Source of the DNA: Mobula hypostoma
Lineage: Eukaryota
Assembly: GCF_963921235.1 (NCBI RefSeq)
Contig: NC_086107.1
Location: forward strand, 106,332,001-106,396,000
DNA length: 64,000 bases
Reading direction: 5' to 3'
The notes below the pieces were generated by a model. It was not told the origin of the DNA. It made no database searches and saw only the letters and a program-made list of their open reading frames with translations. A program made the translations under genes and the position numbers. Numbering within the stretch: position 1 is the stretch's first letter; each line of letters begins with the position of its first letter. Positions 23,407 to 35,508 of this stretch are shown piece by piece.

Positions 23407-26400
23407 TATGGGATCTGGTTCAGCGTAAGGATGAATTGTACAGAAGGGACGGGTTGCATCTTAACAGACGGGGGACCAGCATTCTGGCAGGCAAGTTTGT
23501 TACTGCTACACGGGCGTGTTTAAACTAAGTAGTGGGTGGGGGGGGGAGGGGACGAATTGGAAATATAAGAATGGAGTTAAAGGGAAAGAGAGAATAAGAA
23601 AAGTTAAGAAAGACAACAGAAATTAACGGGACAGAAAGCTCAGGAAGGGTTCAGAGAGCGTGGCCAAGTGCAATAGGAATTGATGTGAAAGGTGAGGGGA
23701 GTAAGAGTATTACTTTACATGGATTAAAAGTATTATATATCAATGCACGGAGTATAAGAAATAAAGTGGATGAGCTTGAGGCTCAGTTGGAAATTGGCAA
23801 GTATGATGTTGTGGGAATAACAGAGACATGGCTGCAAGAGGACCAGGGCTGGGAAATGAATATTCAGGGTATACATCCTATCGAAAGGACAGACAAGTGG
23901 GCAGAGGGGGTGGGGTGGCTGTGTTGGTGAGGAAAGATATTCAGTCACTTGTGAGGGGGGACATAGAATCAGGAGATGTAGAGTCAGTATGGATAGAACT
24001 GAGAAACTGTAAGGGCAAAAAGACCCTAATGGGAGTTACCTACAGGCCCCCAAACAGTAGCCTGGATATAGGGTGCAAGTTAAATCAAGAGTTAAAATTG
24101 GCATGTCGCAAAGGTAATACTACGGTTGTTATGGGGGATTTCAACATGCAGGTAGACTGGTAAAATCAGGTTGGTACTGGACCCCAAGAAAGGGAGTTTG
24201 TGGAGTTCTTCAGAGGTGGATTCGTAGAGCAGCTTGTACTGGAGCCTACCAGGGAGAAGGCAATTCTGGATTTAGTGTTGTGTAATGAGCCAGATTTGAT
24301 AAGGGAACTCGAGGTAAAGGAGCCATTAGGAGGTAGTGACCATAATATGATAAGTTTTAATCTACAATTTGAAAGAGAGAAGGGAAAATCGGAAGTGTCA
24401 GTATTACAGTTGAATAAAAGGGAATATGGACCCATGAGGGAGGAGCTGGCCAAAGTTGACTGGAAAGATACCAGCAACTTTGATGTGTGTGGCTTGAATT
24501 TCCAGCACCTGCAGAATTCCTGTTGTTTGGAAAGATGCCCTAGCAGGGATGACAGTGGAACAACAATAGCAGGTATTTCTGGGAATAATACAGAAGGTGC
24601 AGGATCAGTTCATTCCAAAGAGGAAGAAAGGTTCTAAGGGGAGTAAGGGGCGACCGTGGCTGACAAGGGAAGTCAAGGACAGTATAAAAATAAAAGAGAG
24701 GAAGTATAACATAGCAACGATGAGCAGGAAACCAGAGGATTGGGAGACTTTTAAGGAGCAACAGAAGATAACTAAAAAGGCAATACGGGGGGAAAAGATG
24801 AGATACGAAGGTAAGCTAGCCAAGAATATAAAGGAAGATAGTAAAAGCTTCTTTAGGTATGTGCACAAGAAAAAATTAGTTAAGACCAAAGTTGGGCCCC
24901 TGAAGACAGAAACGGGTGAATTTATTATGGGGAACAAGGAAATGGCAGACGAGCTGAACAGGTACTTTGGATTTGTCTTCACTAGGGAAGACACAAACAA
25001 TCTCCTAGATGTAATAGTGGCCAGAGGATCTAGGGTAACGGAGGAACTGAAGGAAATTCGCATTGGGCAGAAAATGGTGTTGGGTAAACTGATGCGACTG
25101 AAGGCTGATAAGTCCTCAGGGCCTGATGGTCTGCATCCCAGGGTACTTAAGGAGGTGGCTCTAGAAATCGTGGACGCATTGGTAATCATTTTCCAATGTT
25201 CTATAGATTCAGGATCAGTTCCTGCGGATTGGAGGGTAGCTAATGTTATCCCACTTTTTAAGGAAGGAGGGAGAGAGAAAACAGGCAATTATAGACCAGT
25301 TAGTCTGACATCAGTGGTGGGGAAGATGCTGGAGTCAATTATAAAAGATGAAATAGCGGCATATTTGGATAGCAGTAGCAGGATAGGTCCAAGTCAGCAT
25401 GAATTTACGAAGGGGAAATCATGCTTGACTAATCTTCTGGAATTTTTTGAGGATGTAACTATGAAAATTGACATGGGAAAGCCAGTGGATGTAGTGTACC
25501 TGGACTTTCTGAAAGCTTTTGATAAGGTCCCACATAGGAGGTTAGTGGGCAAAATTAGAGCAAATGGTATTGGGGGTAAGGTACTGACATGGATAGAAAA
25601 TTGGTTGGCAGACAGGAAGCAAAGAGTAGGGATTAACGGGTCCTCTTCAGAATGGCTAGTGACTAGTGGGGTACCGCAAGGCTTGGTGCTGGGACCACAA
25701 AGCTGGGTGACAGTGTGAAATGTGAGGAGGATGTTATGAGAATGCAGGGTGACTTGGACAGGTTGGGTGAGTGAGCAGATGCAGTTTAATGTGGATAAAT
25801 GTGAGGTTATCCACTTTGGTGGCAAGAACGGGAAAGCAGATTACTATCTGAATGGTGTCAAGTTAGGAAAAGGGGAAGTACAACGAGATCTGGGTGTCCT
25901 TGTTCATCAGTCACTGAAAGTAAGCATGCAGGTACAGCAGGCAGTGAAGAAAGCTAATGGCATGTTGGCCTTCATAATAAGGGGAGTTGAGTATAGGAGC
26001 AAAGAGGTCCTTCTGCAGTTGTACAGGGCCCTGGTGAGACCACACCTGGAGTACTGTGTGCAGTTGTGATCTCCAAATTTGAAGAAGGACATTCTTGCTA
26101 TTGAGGGAGTGCAGCGTAGATTCACTGGGTTAATTCCAGAGATGGCGGGAATGTCATATGTTGAAAGATTGGAGCGACTGGGCTTGTATACACTGGAATT
26201 TAGAAGGATGAGAGGGGATCTGATTGAAAGATATAAGATTATTAAGGGATTGGACATGCTAGAGGCAGGAAACGTGTTCCCGATGTTGGGGGAGTCCAGA
26301 ACCAGATGCCACAGTTTAAGAATAAGGGGTAGACCATTTAGAACGGAGTTGAGGAAAAACTTTTTCACACAGAGGGTTGTGGTTCTGTGGAATGCTCTGC

Positions 26401-26596
26401 CTCAGAAGGCAGTGGAGGCCAATTCTCTGGATTCTTTCAAGAAAGAGTTAGATAGAGCTCTTAAAGATAGCGGAGTGAAGGGATGTGGGGATAAGGCAGG
26501 AACTGGATACTGATTGTGGATGATCAGCCATGATCACAGTGAATGGTGGTGCTGGCTCGAAGGGCCAAATGGCCTACTCCTGCACCTATTGTCTGT
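23407..26596 (+). mobile_element. Long CR1 LINE: ORF1 esterase C-terminus plus disrupted ORF2 (APE endonuclease and RT)
   Basis: DGLHL (SGNH esterase), YINARSIRNK, ITETW, MGDFN, SDHN, GPDGLHP, NYRPVSLTS, YLDFxKAFDKV, GVPQG. Contains stops, frameshifts and a deletion across the RT active site. (tattgtc) tail. Confidence 0.93.
24470..24527 (+). mobile_element. Penelope-like terminal micro-insertion in CR1 ORF2
   Basis: ccagcaactttgatgtgtgt..gaatttccagcacctgcag flanked by the direct repeat tggaaagat (24461-24469 and 24528-24536). Confidence 0.7.
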
Positions 26597-27259
26597 TGTC
26601 CTCCCAGTTGCATCACTCACCCACGCACAAGACATTCTGCAGATGCTGGAAACCCAGAGTAACATACACAAGGGTCCTGAAAGTTCAAAGTACATTTACT
26701 ATCAAAGTGTGTATAAATTATACAACCTTGAGATTCGTCTGCTTACAGGCAGCCACAAAACAAGAAACCTGAAAGAGCCCAATTAAATTAAGACCAACAC
26801 CCAATGCGCAGAGAGAGAGAGAGAGAGAAAACACTAATCATGCAAACAATAAAAGCAAGCAACATCATTCAGAATGAAATGAAGTCCCCGGACACAAAGC
26901 AGCAGGAGCAGGCTCACAGCCTCAGTTCATCACACAGCGGGGCAAATCGCCACCAAACCCGGAGCAGGGTCTCAGCCCAAAACATTGACTCTTTATTCCT
27001 CTCCATAGATGCTGCCTGACCTGCTGAGTTCCTACAGCCTTTCGTGTGTGCCACTTAGGACAAGTCCGTTGCAACCAATGAACCTACCCAACCACGCATC
27101 CTCGAAATGCAGAAGGAAACTGGATCACCCGGTGGAAGCGTACGCAGTGCAGGGAGAACGTGCCAGCTCCACGTGGATTACACCCGAGGTCGGGATCGAA
27201 CCTAGGTCCCTAGAGCTGGAAGGGGGCAACACAATAAACTGTGCTGCTGAATGAAGACA

Positions 27260-28281
27260 AGGCTGATTTATACTTGTGCGTCAAATGTACGCCGTAGATA
27301 CCGCATACCCTACGCCATAGGGTGATGTGCACCTCCCAAAAAATGTAACTCACGCGTCGCAGCGACGCAGACTGCAACAACTGTGATTGGTCCGCTTGGT
27401 AGCATCGCATTTCCTCCTACACATTTCCGGTGGCTTCTCTCCGCCATGTCTATACACTGACGCGAAATAAATGGCTGGAGACGATGAACCAAATCGTCAA
27501 GTCTACCTGCCAACATCCGAAAATATTTGAAATGCATTTTCTCGTCATAGAAACATAGAAAATAGGTGCAGGAGTAGGTCATTCGGCCCTTCGAGCCTGC
27601 ACCGCCATTCAGTATGATCATGGCTGATCATCCAACTCAGAACCCTGCACCTACCTTCCCTCCATACCCCCTGATTCCTTTAGCCACAAGGGCCATATCT
27701 AACTCCCTCTTAAATATAGCCAATGAACTGGCCTCAACTGTTTCCTGTGGCAGAGAATTCCACAGATTCACCACTCTCTGTGTGAAGAAGTTTTTCCTAA
27801 TCTCAGTCCTAAAAGGCTTCCCCTTTATCCTCAAACTGTGACCCCTCGTTCTGGACTTCCCCAACATCAGGAACAATCTTCCTGCATCTAGCCTGTCCAA
27901 TCCCTTTAGAATTTTATACGTTTCAATAAGATCCCCCCTCAATCTTCTAAATTCCAGCGAGTATAAGCCTAGTCGATCCAGTCTTTCATCATATGAAAGT
28001 CCTGCCATCCCAGGAATCAATCTGGTGAAACTTCTTTGTACTCCCCCTATGGCAAGAATGTCTTTCCTCAGATTAGGTGACCAAAACTGCACGTCTCTCA
28101 CGAAGAAACTCAACACAGTGGCATAGAAACCCCACCGCCAACTAGTGTTTTGGCGGTGAATTGCAGAGCGACGCAGACACAACTACGCATGCTCGCTACG
28201 GCGTAGGGCTACGCAAAAGTATAAATCAGGCCTACGGCGTTGGCTACGGCATAGCCCGTACGCACAAGTATAAATCAGCCT
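27260..28281. mobile_element. Non-autonomous DNA transposon (PIF/Harbinger-like; superfamily uncertain) carrying a nested CR1
   Basis: 22-bp perfect TIR aggctgatttatacttgtgcgt / acgcacaagtataaatcagcct, with an extra partial TIR at about 28211-28231. Confidence 0.75.
27548..28092 (-). mobile_element. CR1 3' fragment nested in the MITE
   Basis: QFWSPNLRKDILAI...FFTQRVVNLWNSLP with a (ttctatgt) tail. Confidence 0.85.
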
Positions 28282-28309
28282 TTAATCACCTCACACCTGG
28301 GCACTCAAT

Positions 28310-28930
28310 ATCACCTCCCTCAATAAGAAGGCACAGCAGTGCCTCCACTTCCTGAGGAGATTGAAGCAAATGCGACTACCCCCCACCCCCATACAAAAAT
28401 GGTGCTCCTGACAAGTTGCTTCTCCATCTGGTATGGGAGCAGCAGAGCATCAAACCGGAAGTCCCCGCAAAGGACCGTGAGGACAGCCGAAAGGATCATT
28501 GGGGTCTCCACACCGTCCATTGAGGACATTTATCAGGAGCACTGCATACATAGGGCCCTTAGTAATATCAAGAATCCCACCCACCCTCTTTGACTTTCTA
28601 CCATCAGGCAGGAGACTTCGATGCATAAAAACAAGAACGGTCAGGATGGGAAACAGTTTCTTCCCCCAGACCGTTAGGCTTCTGAACTCCCTGCTGCATC
28701 ACATTCGAAGTGTCACTGGTTAATTTATTCTGTACCCGACAATATCTAATTTATGCACTTTTCTGTGTTTATTTATGCGTAATTCATTTGTAGATTGAAT
28801 TCTTACTTTCCTAAGTTATTGTGTGTTAAATGTATGGGATGTGTATTACTGTACTTTACACCCTGGTTCGGAGAAATGCTGTTTCATTTGATGTATACAT
28901 GTATACAGCTAAATGACAATAAACTTGAAG
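28310..28930 (+). mobile_element. Rex1-like LINE 3' fragment
   Basis: QRTVRTAERIIG...PTHP...LPSGRR...NSFFPQTVRLLN. Confidence 0.7.
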
Positions 28931-29009
28931 TGACTGTGGCCTCACCTGATTTCCCGGATGAACATCAAAGTTCCTCCAGCCTCTAATTTGAAGGAGGAGT
29001 GCTCACTGG

Positions 29010-29887
29010 CTGCATACCTGTCCTACGTAGAAAAGTTCTTCCAGGAGAACGCCTTTGACCACAGGGTCATCAGGTAGTGGTCGGCATGTAATGTCCTGCA
29101 GGCACTGCAGGAGAAGGACGTGATGGACACAGTGGGGTGGTTCCCTGAGCAGACTGTCCAGGTCATCTGGCAAAATGCCTCATCGCCAGATCTCACCAAC
29201 AGGCACCAGGACCTCGCCTGGCTGGTGGTGAGAGGGGCCCTCCCAGTCAGAGCCCTCCTGAACGCCCGGAACGTCGTTTCCGCACCCCACTGCCCACGGG
29301 AGGACTGCAGTGAGGAGGAGTCTGTGACGCCCCCCCCCTTTGCACACTGTCAGTTCGCAAAGAGGGTGTGGAGGAGGATGGACGGGCTGGTGTCACGTTT
29401 CATCCCCAGCAGCTGCGTAACAGAGGACTCTCTGATCTACTGGGGACGCACACGGAGACCAACATCCGGTGCTGCTGGCAGATCATCAACTTGGTGAAAG
29501 ACGCTCTTCGGTTGGTCTGAAACTTGATGATCTACCAGCACATGGAGATGTCCGTGGGAGAATGCTGCCAACTGGCACATTCTCGGCTGCAGGAGTACGT
29601 GCTGAGGGACGCACTGAAACTCGGTGCAGCCACCACAAGGGCCCGGTGGGGAAGGACCACGGTATAGGTTTCTCCACCCGCGGGAGTGTGAGGGGTCGGG
29701 GGGCGGGGAGTACACCCCTCACCAATGATGTGGTAAGGTGAACAACTGGAGTGTGACGTGGGTGGCCATAAATACGGATATGTACTGACTATAATGGGAA
29801 CGTATGTAAAGGATGGAAAGTTATTGAATGGTTTATTGTATATAATTTTATTTTTGAATAAAGTATATTTTGAAATTTTAAAAAAAC
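29010..29887 (+). mobile_element. L1/Tx1-clade LINE 3' end
   Basis: HQDLAWLVVRGALPVR...CPREDC..EESV...HC..AKRVW zinc-knuckle-like region, AATAAA and an A-rich tail. Confidence 0.78.
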
Positions 29888-30040
29888 CCAAAGAATTAAG
29901 CTGCAGATGCTGGAAATCTGAGGTAAAAACAGGAACTTGCCGGCAGTGCTCGGCAGATTGGGAAGCACCTGTGGAGAGAGAACTCAAGTTATCACTTCAG
30001 GTCCAAGAGTTGCCATCAGAACTGGGAAAGAGAGAAAACC

Positions 30041-30683
30041 GCTCGCAGCGGCCACTCTGGTGGTGATGTCTGTTATCTGTCAAGTAGGGTGCCGTGCACA
30101 ATCCTGATTTGATGGAGACAGACGTGAGAGCACAGAGGAACACCTGGTGAAACTAAGTTCTGAAATGCCTGCTTCGCTGCTGCTGCTACTGTGTGATCCG
30201 GAATCTCCGGAGGGGAAGGCCCCGAGTCCTCGGCTTTGCTTGTTGCTCAGCGGCCAGGACGGGCTCAAAGCGCTTGGCAGAGGATGATGATCGGTGCTCG
30301 GCATCGGAGGGCCGGTCAGAGGCTCGAAGTTTTCAGACGGACTCAGAGTCCGCTGCGGCCGGGTGCTTCCAATGCATCAGCAAGTTTGCGGTGCTTGGAG
30401 TTCATGGCAGGGAGAGTTTCTCCCTTCTACCATTTGCATGAGATGATGGGGCTATCAGGACTTGAGACTTTTTTTTTACCGTGCCCATGGTCCGCTCTTT
30501 ATCAAATTACGGTATTGCTTTGCACTGTTGTAACTATATGTTATAATTATGTGGTTTTTGTCAGTTTTAGTCTTGGTTTGTCCTGTGTTTTCTTGTGATA
30601 TCTTTCTGGAGGAACATTGTGTCATTTTTTAATGCATGCATTTCTAAATGACAATAAACAAGGACTGAGTGTCCTCATAATCT
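30041..30683 (+). mobile_element. Non-autonomous non-LTR element, 5'-truncated copy of the 34465-35143 family
   Basis: High similarity to 34465-35143 over its whole length. Confidence 0.75.
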
Positions 30684-30839
30684 TAAAAAACAAGTTAGTT
30701 TCAGTTACAGAGACTATGGGGGAAGAATGGATGGGACAAGGGGAATATCTCCAGTAGGGAGAGACCAAATGGGTTAATGTGGCAATTAGAGGCTGATTAG
30801 GATTCTTTGTCTCTTGTTGTATCATGAAGTCTGAGTCAT

Positions 30840-31460
30840 CCAGCACAGAAAGAGACCCTAAGGCCCAACTCGTCTATGCCAACCAAGATTCCCATCTAAG
30901 GTCATTCCAGATGCTCCCATATCCCTCGGAACCTTTTCTGTCCCTGTACCTGTCCAAGTACCTTTTAAATATTAATAATGTACCTGCCGCAACCACTTCC
31001 TCTGGCAGCTCGTCCCATGTGCACACAATGCTCTGAATGAGAAAGTTTCCCCTCGGGTTCCTATTAAATCTCTCCCCTCTCACTTTGAACCTGTGCCCTC
31101 TAGTGCTGAGAAGAAGACTGTGCATTCATTCCATCCATTCTCCTCTTCAATTGATACACCTCTATTAGATCACCTCTCAATCTCCTACTCTCTATTGAAA
31201 AAGAAGTCCCAGCCTTCTCAATCTCTCTCCATAACTCAGTCCCACAAGTCCCGGCAACATCCTTGTAAATTTTCTTGGCACTGTTTCCAGCTTAATGGCA
31301 TCTTTCCTATAGGAGGGTGACCAAAATGGAATACAATATTCCAAATGCAGCCTCACCAATATCCTCTGTAACTGCAACATAACATCCCAACTTTTATACC
31401 TCATGCCAACATACTGAAAGCCACCTTCATTGCCTTGTCTACCTATGACGCCACTTTCAA
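30840..31460 (-). mobile_element. CR1 fragment
   Basis: RLHLEYCIPFWSP and RGNFLIQSIVCTWDELP. Confidence 0.75.
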
Positions 31461-31888
31461 GGTTCAAGATTGCTTAATGTCATTTCCCGTGCACAAGTGT
31501 AAAGGAGAACCAAATAATTGTTACTTTGGAACTAATGCAGCACAAGATAAAAACATAGAAGATAAAGAACACAATAATAATAAGAAAAACACAATAACTA
31601 TATATATAGCAACACACATCAAAGTTGCTTTTAAACTATATATATAGATAGCCCATGCATGTAGATTGATTGTATGTCCAGAAAGTGACGCTAGGCTGTG
31701 TATATGGTGACTGGCAGGAAATAATAAAGTAGTGGTGGAGTTAGTGGGTGGAGGTGTTGATCAGCCTCACTACTTGGGGAAGGTAACTGTTTCTGAGTAT
31801 GGAGGTCCTGGCATGGATGTTACATGCAACACACATCAAAGTTGCTGGTGAACGCAGCAGGCCAGGCAGCATCTCTAGGAAGAGGTAC

Positions 31889-31924
31889 AGTCGACGTTTC
31901 GGGCCGAGAACCTTCGTCAGGACT
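31889..31924 (-). ncRNA. Minimal type I hammerhead ribozyme motif
   Basis: Minus strand AGTC-CTGACGA-A-GGTTCTCGGCCC-GAAA-CG-TC-GACT. Core intact, one mismatch in stem II. Confidence 0.7.
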
Positions 31925-32453
31925 AACTGAAGGAAGAGTGAGTAAGGGATTTGAAAGTTGGAGGGGGAGGGGGAGATCCAAAATGATAGGAGAAGACAGG
32001 AGGGGGAGGGATGGAGCCAAGAGCTGGACAGGTGATTGGCAAAAGGGATATGAGAGGATCATGGGACAGGAGGTCCGGGCAGAAAGAAAAGGGGGATGGG
32101 GGGCAAAACCCAGAGGATGGGCAAGGGGTATAGTCAGAGGGACAGAGGGAGAAAAAGAATGTGTGTATATAAATAAATAACGGATGGGGTATGAGGGGAG
32201 GTGGGGCATTAGCGGAAGTTTGAGAAGTCAATGTTCATGCCATCAGGTTGGAGGCTACCCAGACGGAATATAAGGTGTTGTTCCTCCAATCTGAGTGTGG
32301 CTTCATCTTTACAGTAGAGGAGGCCATGGACAGACATATCAGAATGGGAATGGGACGTAGAATTAAAATATGTGGCCACTGGGAGATCCTGCTTTCTCTG
32401 GCGGACAGAGCGTAGGAAAAATCTCAAATCTCTTACTAGCTCTTCCTTCAGTT

Positions 32454-32489
32454 AGTCCTGACGAAGGGTCTCGGCCTGAAACATCGACT
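32454..32489 (+). ncRNA. Minimal type I hammerhead ribozyme motif
   Basis: AGTC-CTGACGA-A-GGGT(CTCG)GCCT-GAAA-CA-TC-GACT. Confidence 0.65.
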
Positions 32490-33540
32490 GCACCTCTTCC
32501 TAGAGATGCTGCCTGGCCTGCTGCATTCACCAGCAACTTTAATGTGTGTTGCTTGAATTTCCAGCATCTGCAGATTTCCTCGTGGATGGTACATAGCTTC
32601 CTCCCTGATGGGAGTGGGACAAGCAGTCCACGAGCAGGATGAGTGGGATCCTTCACAATGTCGCTGGCCCTTTTCCCGCACCTTTCTGTATATATGCCCT
32701 TGATGGTGTGTAGGCTGGTGCCGGTGATGCATTAGGGCAGGTTTTACTACCTGCTGTAGAACCTTCCTCTCCGCCACTTGTGTAGTTTCCATACCCAGCT
32801 TCTTGGGATGCTTTCTACTGTGCATTTGTAAAATGATGTGAATATGGATGTGTAAAGTCCAGCTCTCTTCATGCTCCTCAGAAAGCAGAGACATTGGTGA
32901 GCTTTCTTGACCGTGTAGGGTGTGCTCTAGGACCATGAGAGCTTGTGTGAGATGTGCACTCCCAGGAGATTGAAACTGTTTGCAGTTTCCCCTGCTGTGC
33001 CGCCGATGTAGAGGAGGGTGCGAGGGGTGCGAGTTCTCCTGAAGCCGACGACCAGCTCCTTTGTCTTGCTGGCTTTAAGAAAGAGGTTATTTGCCTGGCA
33101 CCAGGCCTTGAGCTCTTCCACCTCCCTTCTACAGGCTGTCTCATTGTTGTCGGTGATGTTGTATATCAGCGGTGAACTTTACAGTGTGATTGCTCAGGTG
33201 TTTGGCCGTGCAGTCATGTGTGTGCAGAGTGTACAGCAGTACACAGCCCTGGGGGGGGGGGGTGGAGGGATGATGGGGAGGGCACCATCTACTTCTACCC
33301 CTAGGTCCCTCTGTTCTGCTACACTCCCCGGGGTCCTACCGTCCATTGTGAAAGTCCTACTCTGATTTGCCTTCCCAAAATTCAACATGTGGCACTCATC
33401 AAATTAAACTCCATTTGCCATTCTCTGGCCCACTTACACAGGATAGTTGTGTATTTAATATTTCAGTAATATTTGAGTAAGATTGTAAATATATTGTTTG
33501 AGTAAGCATTCTTTATTTGTTTAAATCGTTAATTACGGGT

Positions 33541-34324
33541 TCATCATCATTATGTGCTGTGTTGTACACATACACATACACATGGGCATCCGTTAGTCTC
33601 ATGAGACCATGGATTTGCGCCTTGGAAGGTTTCCAGGGCGCAGGCCTGGGCAAAGTTGTATGGAAGACCGGCAGTTGCCCAAGCTGCAAGTCTCCCCTCT
33701 CCATGCCACTGATGTTCTCCAAGGGAAGGGCACTAGAGCCGATACAGCTCGGCACCGGTGTCGTCGCAGAGCAATGTGTGGTTAAGTGCCTTGCTCAAGG
33801 ACACAACACGCTGCCTCAGCTGAGGCTCGAACTAGCGACCTTCAGATCACTAGACCGACGCCTTAACCACCTGGCCACGCACCAACACTGCCGTGTTGTA
33901 TGACGTGGGGGCAATCACAGTTTTCTGTCTGTCTTTAACCTGATCGTTGCCTGTGGGGAAGATCCCGTTCACGCTGGTGTTCTGACTCTTTTCTCTATCC
34001 GTGACCATGATTGCTCTTGGCAAATTTTTCCACCAAAGTAGTTTGTCATTGCCTTCGCTGGGCAATGTCTTTACAAGACAGATGACCCCCGCCATTATCA
34101 ACACTCTTCAGAGATTCTCTACCTGGCATCAGTGGTCGCACAACCAGGACTTGTGATCTGCACTGGCTGCTCACACGGCCATCTACCACCTATTAACATG
34201 GCTTCACATGACCCTGATCGGGCGGCTAAGAAGGTGCTACACCTTGCCCAAGGGTGACCTGCAGGCTAGCGGAGGGATGGGGCACCTTACACCTCCTTTG
34301 GTAGAGACGTACCTCCGCCCCACC
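33541..34324 (-). mobile_element. Non-autonomous RTE-like element with a (GAT)n tail; other copies at about 17194-17545, 39225-39835 and 50905-51708
   Basis: Repeated noncoding sequence of about 400 bp with a gcaaaccact-like 3' motif and a gatgatga tail. The RTE assignment is tentative. Confidence 0.55.
33567..33888 (-). mobile_element. tRNA-derived SINE (tail type A)
   Basis: A box TGGCCAGGTGG, B box GTTCGAGCC and a 12-bp TSD tgc(t/c)gtgttgta. Confidence 0.85.
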
Positions 34325-34464
34325 ACGGGCTATATGTAAAAATACCTAAATTGCTAATATGTCATGTTGCATGTTATGCGCACGCCTTGTCTGAAGTAAA
34401 GATGGAGATAGACTTGGTATTCCCAGCTTCCTTATATTCCTTTCACTTAGTTTCATGTTTCATA

Positions 34465-35143
34465 GAGGAGGAGAAGATGGCGGCGTGACGCAGCTCGCAG
34501 CGGCCACTCCTGTGGTGATGTCTGTTATCTGTCAAGTAGGGTGCCATGCACAATCCGGATTTGATGGAGACGGACGTGAGAGCACGGAGGAACATCTGGT
34601 GAAACTTCTGAAATGCCTGCTTCGCTGCTGCTGCTACTGTGTGATCCAGAATCTCCGGAGGGGAAGGCCCCGAGTTCTCGGCTTTGCTTGTTGCTCGGCG
34701 GCCGGGGCGGGGTCGAAGCGCTCAGCAGAGATGGTGCTCGGTGCTCGGTGTCGGAGGGCTGGTCGGAGGCTCAAAGTTTTCGGACGACTCAGAGTCCAAC
34801 TGTGGTCGGGTGCTTCCAGGGTGCTGCATCGGCAAGTTTGCGGCGTTTGGAGCTCATGGCAGGGAGAGTTTCTCCCTTCTACCGTCTGCGTGAGATGTTG
34901 GGGCTATCGGGACTTGAGACTTTTTTTTACCGTGCCCATGGTCTGCTCTTTATCAAATTACGGTATTGCTTTGCACTGTTATAACTATATGTTTTAATTA
35001 TGTGGTTTTGTCAGTTTTAGTCTTGGTTTGTACTGTGTTTCTGTGATATCTTTCTGGAGGAACATTGTATTATTTTTTAATGCATGCGTTTCTAAACGAC
35101 AATAAATGAGGACTGAGTGTCCTCATAATCTAATCTAATCTAA
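34465..35143 (+). mobile_element. Full-length non-autonomous non-LTR element with an AAGATGGCGGC 5' end and (TAATC)n tail
   Basis: LINE-like 5' motif, aataaa followed by a microsatellite tail, and a second copy at 30041. Confidence 0.75.
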
Positions 35144-35508
35144 TGTTTAGGAGGAATAAAACATAATGAAGATCTTCTGTAAATCGCGATAATCATCTCC
35201 TCCATAATGACCCCACTTATCAGTGTTATCTGCAACAGTCGTGCTAATATTGGCTCATAGGACAGTGAGACATGTCTAGCTACACGAATGGAAAGGAAGC
35301 ACAGAGCCAGAATCAAGACCGATAATAGGCAAGAGATGGGTGAACTCTTATAAGGAGAAAAAAGATTGAAAGATTTAGCTTTAATTGTCACATTACATTG
35401 AAGCCTATTTCGTATCAACAACCAACACAGACCGAGTATGTGCTGGGGGCAGCCTGCAAGTGTTACCGTGCTTCCAGCAGCAAAATAGAACCGACCCACT
35501 CTCACCTT

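Larger units (their letters stand above)
31826..32580 (-). mobile_element. Penelope-like element 3' end with an inverted terminal duplication and two hammerhead motifs
   Basis: GIY-YIG C-terminus (32209-32415), inverted repeat of about 130 bp, and a 14-bp TSD c(a/g)tggatg(t/g)tacat at 31812-31825 and 32581-32594. Confidence 0.88.
31460..33250 (-). mobile_element. Rex1-like LINE interrupted by Penelope-like insertions
   Basis: WCQANNLFLKASKTKELVV..LGVHI and DPTHPARGLLVPLPSGR motifs on both sides of the insert. Confidence 0.65.

Noticed and set aside
24597..25718. 373-aa ORF as a host gene or active retrotransposon
   Set aside because: It is a CR1 ORF2 fragment with upstream stops, an insertion, and a deletion removing the RT catalytic motif.
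33810..33888. tRNA gene (also 35509-35580)
   Set aside because: These are tRNA-like SINE heads, followed by SINE body, tail and TSD.
34455..34997. 180-aa ORF as a novel protein
   Set aside because: It lies in a GC-rich repeat, and the second copy at 30041 has indels that break the frame.
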